Shown here: piece by piece, positions 53,401 to 62,400 of the stretch
How the letters are laid out: every line of letters begins with the position of its first letter
Numbering within the stretch: the first letter of the stretch is position 1
IMG/VR virus record: IMGVR_UViG_3300029704_000004
Reading direction: 5' to 3' (one strand)
Source of the DNA: a virus
Length of the DNA: 64,000 bases
Position numbers and translations under genes: made by a program
The notes under the pieces: model-generated
Told to the model about the DNA's origin: nothing
Seen by the model: the letters and a program-made list of their open reading frames with translations, nothing else
Databases searched by the model: none

Positions 53401-56400
53401 ATTGATTTTGCTCTTAATCATAGACTTATGTATATTGCTTTTAATGATATATTTGAAGGTGATACTAAGTTTTATAAAGATACTCAGACTTTCTTGAAAA
53501 GAAGTAAAGAGTCTCAAGCTAGTGGTGTTCCTTATGGTTTTGTTGATACAAGTCTTGACCTTAGAGAAAATAGCACAATAATTCAAGGAGCTTTTCTTAA
53601 TACTCCTGAAGTTCAATCTAGACTTAAAGCTATCGGTCTTGATGTTCAACAAAAGACTAAGTTTAATGGTATTACTATTAAGAATACTGTTAGAACTAGT
53701 GAGGAATGTAAAGTTGCTAAAACTTATCCAGATGGTAAAGTTGAAGGAGAAGATGGTATTCTTGTAAAAGACTTAGTAAAGAATTCTAAACTTACTCTTG
53801 AGCAAGCTAGAGATTTGATGGGCGGTCCTATTATGTATGATAATAATGGTAAGCCAAAACTTAATGCTGACGGAAGTTATAGACGTAGTGGTGGTTTTAG
53901 TAATACTACTATTAACGATGCTCAATCTTATATTACTTTTGAAGAATGGATTCGTCGTATTGCTGGTAGAGGTCAACTTAATGATTATCTTCCTTTGATT
54001 GAAGCTATTCAAGATGAAAGTAAAGAGATTCCTGCTGACTTATTGAAGAAGTTTGTGCAAGTACAGAAGAACTTCTACTATGACCAATATTATGATGATA
54101 AACTTAATACTATTGCTCCTCGTCAAATTAAGAATGCTGAATTTGTTCTTGTTCCAAGATTTATTAGAGGAACTCAACTTGAACAAGTTTATGAAGCAAT
54201 GAAAGCTAATAAGATTGACCAGCTTAATACTGAGGAAACTAGTAAAGCAGGTAAAGCTAGAGTACTTACTATCTTTGATGAGAAGACTGGTGAAGTTACT
54301 GAAGAGCATCTTAAAGATTTCAACAATAAAGCTGAAGATTATCGTGAGGAATACGATTATAATCATCTTTATACTCAGCAAGAAACTCCTCAACACATGA
54401 ATGCTAAGAATAAAGCTGGTATTCAGATTATGAAGAAGATACTTGATAATATTGATAGTAATAGTCCTCTTCATGCGTATAAAGAAGATTTCTTCAATAT
54501 GTATGTTGCTAATATTAAAGATAGTTTTAATAAGCTTGTTGATGAATTAAAGATTTCTCTTGATGAAGATGGTAATATTAAATTTGATGAGAGTGGAAAT
54601 ATTACAGGAGTAGATATGCAAGTATTCTTTGATAAACTCAAAGATGAGTGTATGAGACTTGGTCTTGATAGTAATATGATGGACTTTGTTACCCTTAATG
54701 CTAGTATGCCTATAGCTGCTAATGGTTGTCCAAATCCTGTAATGCCTACTTATCTTAGTAATGTAGTTAATAAGCTTGAGAGTATTTCCCAAGCTATGTT
54801 TAATAGTGCTATTACTCGACAAGAACTTCCTGGTTTTCATGCTGCTCAGATTACTAATGTTGGTTTTAAAGCAACTAAAGACCAAGTTAGTTATTCTAAA
54901 GAATTAAAGTATCATCCAAATGGTGAACGCTATATTGAAATAATGCTTCCTGCTAGTAATTTTGGCTTTGCTAAAAATGCTGATGGTACTTATAAAAAGA
55001 GCAAAGAAGAACTTCTTAAAGAACTTCAAGATGCTGGTCTTGATACTCTTATTGGTTATCGTATTCCAACTGAGGGTAAACAATCTGTTTGTGTAATGAA
55101 AGTAGTTGGTTTTCTTGATGATGCTCAAGGTTCTACTATTGTTGTTCCTGATGATTGGGTTTCTCAAACTGGTTCTGACTTTGATATTGACTCTGTATAT
55201 GGTATTCAATATAATACTTATATTGGAAGAGATGGTAATATTAAAAGAGCTACTTGGAAAGATACTGTAACTGAAAATGATTGGCTTAATTATGTAAGAA
55301 GAGAAACAGGTCTTAGACTTTCTGGTATCGACAATGAAAAATTTGAAAATATTAAGGCTGATGCTAAAGCTTCCACAAAAGCTGAGGCTAGAGATGCTAG
55401 AAAAGCAGAAATAGCAGAAATTAAAAATAGATTTGATGAAATTGAATCAGAAGCTTATTTTAATCTTGATGACGATACTAAAGAAGTTATTAAACTTATT
55501 CACGAAAAGATTAATGAAGCTTATGGACCAAAACCATCTAAAGCCAAGTATCAAGAACAGCTTGAAGTTGAAATATCTACTCTTACTGGTAGATTAGAAG
55601 AGTTCAAAGATATTTATATTGAAGAAGAATTAGATGCTATAAAAGATTATATTGAAGCTAAAAAACAAATTCTTAATAATGTTATAAATGGATTTGAACT
55701 ATCTGATGATTTTGATTATAATGCTATTAAATCTGAAAAGATTAAGAGTGCTATAAAAGCTTATAAAGATGAACAATTACGTTTAGCTAAACAAATTGCT
55801 AGAAGTTCTAGACTTTTACAATTTGAAGCTTATAAGAAGAAGTTTGATAGTGATGTTATTGGTAACAATACTCGTGAAGCTCGTAATAATAGACTTCTTG
55901 ATGATATGATTCATATTCTGCAAGCTAATGAATCTCTTGAAGAGAACCTTTCTCGTTCTAATTTTGAGAGTATTATTGCAGCTCGTGATAAAGTCATGAA
56001 TCCAGTAGTTAAAGAAGTTCGTGAAGCTAGAAGTCCTTATGACTTTCTTGACCAAGCTGCTTATCAAGAAGATGTAATGAGTGGTGCTAAACTTAAAGCG
56101 TTTAGTGTTACTAGAGATACTTTCTGTTCTGTATGTAATACAGTTCATCCTCATATTACAGATAAATATACTATTAAAGTTGCATATAGTAAAGATAAGT
56201 ATAATCTTGAAGAACTTCAAAAGAGATTTGAGAAAGTAGAAGAAACTGATGAAGGTTATGTTGTTACACATAATACTCTTGGTTGGACAAATGATAATAA
56301 AAATGTAGATGGTTATATTCTTACTGCATACAGTTCTCAGACTACTGCTCATATTCTTGATGCTGTTAAGGAAGGTGCTATTCCAAATGTAAATGATTTT

Positions 56401-59400
56401 ACTTTTGCAGTATATAAAACTCTTGCTGATATTGGTAGTAATTATGATACTGCTGTAGGTTTTATTATGCAACCTGCTATTACAAAAATTGTAAATGCTT
56501 ATAATGCTAATAAATCTATTTATTCAGATAAACATAATAAACCAATAGAAGAAGCTATTAGGTCATTAGGCAAAGAGATTCTTAATACTTATCATATTAA
56601 TACTGATAAAATGAATCTTGGTGAAATAGTTGCTAGAGTTAATGGATTACTTGGTACTAAGTATAGTTTAGATAAACATAATGATATTATTTTATCGCCT
56701 GATGAGTTAGCAAAGAGATTGCTTAATGATAAAAACCGCCCCGTAAAAGTAAGTATATATCAACATGATTGGGGTGTTCTTTTTGCTTATAATGATTTAG
56801 CTAAACTTTCTGATAAAATTGGTTCTACTGCAAGGGTTTGTAATCCTGATAGATTTGGTGCTAAACAAAGTATTTTCGCTACTCGTAAAGTATTTAATGA
56901 TATTGCAGATTTAATTGAAGATGAAAATCCAGCTTTAGTTGTTGGAACTTCTTCTATTGTTAATAGTATCTATGCAGGTTATGACCCTACTAAAGGTTTA
57001 AGAAGCTATATTACTAGTAATGCTAAAAGTGCATATCCTAGTCTTAATGCTTTCTTAAAATATGCTAGTGCTCCTTCTATTCTTGTAAATAGAATGTTGT
57101 TTGATACAGAACAAGATAATTTTAGAATAGCTAATAGAGCTATTGAAGTTATAAACGGTAGTAATAATGTTACTGAGAAAGATTATAAAGGTTTTACTCA
57201 GTATATTCTTAATGCTGCTTATAAACAAACAGATGCTGTTGTAAACAACTATACTTATGATGTAGAGAAGAAACAAACTATAGTAAATAAAGAATTTGAT
57301 GAAACGGATGAAGCTCTCAGAATTATGGGTTATGGTTGTACTCCTGATTTTACTTTTAATGTTAAAGATGTAACTAATCCTACACAAGAAGAAGTAAATG
57401 CTTGGAGTAAACTTAGTCCTGCTCAAAAAATTAGTTGGCTTAAATCTAATAGTGTTGATGCTGGTATATTCAATTATATAAATACTAATTTATTTAATGA
57501 ATATGAAATGAATAGAGATGGTCAAAGTCGTCAAACTATTCGTTTTAACGAAGATGCCGTTGATAATGAAACTGCTTATAATCTTTTTGATACTGCATTT
57601 AGTTCAGATAATCCATTAGTTAAACTTGCTGCTATGGATATGGTTAAGTATGCTTTTGTCGCAGAAGGTTTTAAAATAGGTAGAGGTGCTATTAATAAAT
57701 GTATTAAAAATACTGCTCTTCGTGATGAAAACACTTTTGTTCAATTTAATGGTGCTAGAACTAGTATTATTGCTCAAATTAAAGCTCAAGTAGATAATGC
57801 AGTTTCTAGAACTGATTTAGTTGAACAATATCTTAGAAGTGACCCAGGAGTTAGTAATGTTCCTCATAAATTTATGAATAAAAAATATAGTTCTATGTTC
57901 GAAACTGTAACTAGAGGAATGTACGAATTTAGTTTGGACGATAAAGATAATGCTATCGAATTTGGATTTGCTAGAGAAAGTAATGCAGAGTTCGTTCCAA
58001 TACAATTTAATAATTATATTTATATTACTAAAAAAGAAGGTAACGAAAGCGTTACTAGACTATATAAAATTGTTTCTCCTGACCTTGGTTCTGGTATAGG
58101 TTTTGCTTATCCATTAAATGGTTTGGAAGCTGGTGAAGATAGAGAAGTTAGTATTAATAATGCTAATAATAGTGTTCCTCTTCCAAGTTATTATGAAGCA
58201 GTTATTGATAACTTGATGAACAGTGAAGTTGCTGATTATACATTAGATGAATTAAATGAATTGTATAAGAAGCATGTTGCTACAACAAAAGTCAATAAAG
58301 TCAAAGCTGTTACACATTTTGATATAATGTCAGATGCTAATAATGATAATGGTGGAGCTAAAGATGCTATTAATAAGATTATTAAAACTTTCAACAATTA
58401 TGAAGGTAATAGAATCTTTATTCAAAATATGTATCTTTATGGTAAAACTAAATATGATTCATTTACTCCTCCTATTCATGTTGAAGGTGAAACTATTTCT
58501 AATGGTGGTGAACCTATTAGTATTAATGGAAACTTCTTATTTAGACGTGCTACTAAAGTAAGTATTGAAAGTCATAATATTCGTACAGGAGAACATATTG
58601 AGGAAAAACCTCAACTTGTTGAAATAGTTAGGGAAACTCCTATGGCTAGTTCTCGTGAAGAGGTAACTCTTGGTTCTGCAAGTTCTAAACTTGAACAAAG
58701 TCTTAGAACTACAACTGATTCTTTTGAAAAGAATATAGTAAAAGAACTTAATCGTAGAAGTGGTCTTGGAGATATAGAAGCTGGAAAACTTATGCGTCAA
58801 CTTCGTGGAGAAGGATTTGAACAAAGTACTAAAGGCTATAAAGAGTTTAAAGATAGCGTATTCTATAGTGGTTATGCTTATCTTAAACATAAAGTTAATA
58901 GTACTCTTGGAAAGTTTAGTCAATTCTACAGAGATGAAAATGGTAATTACTTTGCTATCAATAGTCCTGAAGTAATCAATGTTATTAAGAATAATCCTGC
59001 TTTACAAAGACAGTTCCTTGAAACACTTGCTGATGCTAATGCTATTGTTGATAAATTTGGAATTATTAATCAGATTAAAGCTGATGAAATTGAGAATCCT
59101 ACTTTGAAATTCTACATTGATGAAATGCAGAAGATGATTAAGGAACTCAGTAATAGTTCTATTATTGATGATGCAGAAGTTAAGTTTGGACTTGATTATC
59201 TTCAGAAACTTAGTAATGACCCTAATATTCAAAATGGTCTTATTAGTATATACGATGGTTTCCATTCTAGTGGTTGGCTTGATGCTTGGTTTGGTGATTT
59301 ACAAGAACAAGGTAACAGTCTTGTTCAAGTAGTTACTAGAAAAGTAATGGCTGATATTCGTGCTAAAGAAAGTCAAGCAAAAGATTTTGCTGTAGCTTTT

Positions 59401-62400
59401 GGAAAACATTTTGAAGACATTAAAGCTAGAGCTGCTAAAGTTGGTGTTTCAGTTGACATCAATAAGATATTTGATAAGAACGGAAATATAGTTCGTAATT
59501 ATACAGATAAATTTGTTGAAGATATTAAAGAACTTAAACGTAATGTAGCTAAAGCTAGAGTTAATGTTCAAGAGAATCCAATGGAATATATTCAAGCTAA
59601 ACATAAACTTGATAAGTTCCTTCTTGACCACGTTAATCGTGAATATGTTGATAGTTATTATCAGAAGCTTTATGATGAAGATGAATTTATTATTAATAAT
59701 CATCCTCAAATTTATTCTGAGTATGTAAAACTTCGAGAAGCTATTAGACAGATTAATAGTCGTAGAATTGATGGCGTTTTAAGTAAAGAGTTTGAAGATA
59801 AACTTGTCGAACTCAGAACTAAGATTAATGATTTAACTAGTCAATTTATTGGTAATGAGTATAAGCCAGCTTACGAATATGGTTTTCCTGGTACTGAACA
59901 AGCTCCTGATGGTAGCATTATTGTAACTAATCAAGAAGTTTATGATAATGCTCGTAAACAGTCTCTTAATGATGCCGTTCAATTAGACCAATATCTTAGA
60001 AGAATTAAAGATATTAAGGAAGAATATACTGCTAAAGAGGAGAAAGAGGGTTTCCATGATATGCTTGATAAAATGCTTAATATTATTGATAATGCTGAAG
60101 TTAGAGATTCTAACGGTAAAGTCACTACTCCAGCTAGTCAGCTTGACACTAATAAAGAGTATAAGAAAGCTAAAGAATGGATTGCTAATAATGCTCATTG
60201 GTCAGTAGATGATGTTCTTAAAGTTAGAATTGAAGATGCTTATAAAAAACTTGGTATTACTAATTTCAAAGCTTCTAAAGCTAGAGCATTTATTAAAGAT
60301 AAACTAGCTAAAGGTGAACAGATTTATGATGAGTTTGGTAATATTGATGCTAGTAAGTTTACTAATACAGAGATTGCTGCAATTAAAGAAGACGTAGAAC
60401 GTAATTATGGTACAACTAATACCTCTTTATTCTCTGATAGAAATCTTATAAATTCAGCTGAACCAACTAATGAAGCTGCTCCTAGTGAGTTCTTTAAAAT
60501 GCTTAATAGTGGCGGTATGACTAATCCTGAGTATCAAGAGATTATCACTAAGATTAATAATATTACTCGTAAATATTATAATAGTGCTGCTAAAATAGTT
60601 GAAACTTCTAAGATGAGTATCGAAGATTTGAAATCTCTTGGAGACCTTTACGATGAATTAGATAAAACTAAGAAACATAAAGGAAAAGGCAGTTACGATG
60701 CTTATCAAGCATATAGTAAATATGCTAAAGAAAATGTAAACGAACAAGCTTATTATTCTGAAGAAGATGAAGCTAAGAAGCGAACTGAACCAGAGTTCTA
60801 TACTTTATGGAAGCGAGTTAATGCTAGATATGAAGTTCTTAGAGATAAGAAAGGTAAAATAGTTATTGATGAAACAACTGGTAAAGCTGTTTATGATTTA
60901 ACTAAAGCACCAACACCTAATCATTGGCTTTATACTACTATTGCTCCTAATGATGCTTATTGGGAAGATTTAAACAAACGTGACCCTAAAGAAGCAGCCA
61001 GACAAAAGAAAGAAGTTGAGGATAAAACTAAAGCTCAAGAGTTCCTTAGTAATACTCTTGAAACTATTAATACTCCTCAATATTATAAAGCTAAAAATGC
61101 TGCTCTTGCAAAAGGTATCGCTTATTATAAAGAATGGTATAATAACAATCATGTTTACAATCCATTTACTCATGCTTACGAAGCTCTTCCTATTTGGAAT
61201 AGAACAAGAGTTATTCCTAGTATAGATAATGGTGAGTATTCTCCTAATTGGACTCAGACTACTCTTACTCCTAAAGCTCATTATAAGAATCCAAATTATA
61301 TTGAAGGCTATACAGATAATGAAAATTATAAAACTGTTGAAACTGATGATAAAAATGGAACTACTCATGTTCCTGGTTATGATAATAATTTAGGACTTAA
61401 TGAGTACGAGCAAGAAGCTAAACAATATATTCAAGATACTCTCATGAGTTTTGCTAAAACTGAAACTGCAAAGAGAGCTATTGCTAGTGGAATGGCTCCT
61501 CATAGAGCTAAGAAAGCAGAACATGACGCTAAATGGGCTGCAAAGCAAGCTAAAGAGTTTATTGGATTTAGTGATATGCTTCCTAGCGGTAAAGATAGTT
61601 GGTATGAGAAGATTGATTACTCTGAAGATAGAACTATCGATATGCCTATGCTAATGACTCAACTTAAAAATAAGGAGAGTGTTGACTTGGATAATATTCG
61701 TAGTACTAAACCGAAGAGAGAAACTTATGCTAGTGATGAAGCTTATGAAAAAGATTTAGAAGCTTATCAAAAACGTATTGATGAAGCAATTAAGAAAAAC
61801 GAAGAAATACATCAAAAACTTCTTGATAGAGATTATATTGGTGCTATTCAAGATTTCATTAGTGCTGCCGGACATTATAATGCTATTCAAGACAATAAAC
61901 AATTATTGTTCTATACACATAGAATGTTAGGTAAGATGAAAGCTTATGATACTAATCTTGGTTGGAATAACTTACGTAAAGATAGTCAAACTAGTACAAG
62001 TGATGAAACTTCTTATATTGAGAAAGTTGATACTCGTCTTCAAGAACAATTTGATAACTGGGTTCGTAGATTAGTTTATGACCAATATAAAATTCCTCAG
62101 AATAAGTTAACTAGAACTGCTAGTATGCTTCAAAGTTTTACTAGTGCTAAATTTATGATGTTAAACATTACGGGTGGTATTGGTAACATAACTGTTGGTG
62201 AATCTGCTATTGCTGGAGAATATATAGCTAAAGAGTACTTCACTCCTACAGGTTGGTTAAAAGGAAAGAACATGTGGAGACATGCTATTCCAAGCTTTAT
62301 TAGAGGTATGGCTAACGAAGATAGTACAACACTTGCTGATGCTCTTGTTAAGTTTATGAATATTGTTGACTTTGATGAAGTTAATAATAGACCTACAGTA

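Noticed and set aside
62166-62177. CATTACGGGTGG inside the giant ORF as a further degenerate repeat copy.
   Set aside because: Only about 10 nt resemble the core, both conserved flanks are missing, and the sequence simply encodes ITGG. It is consistent with chance.
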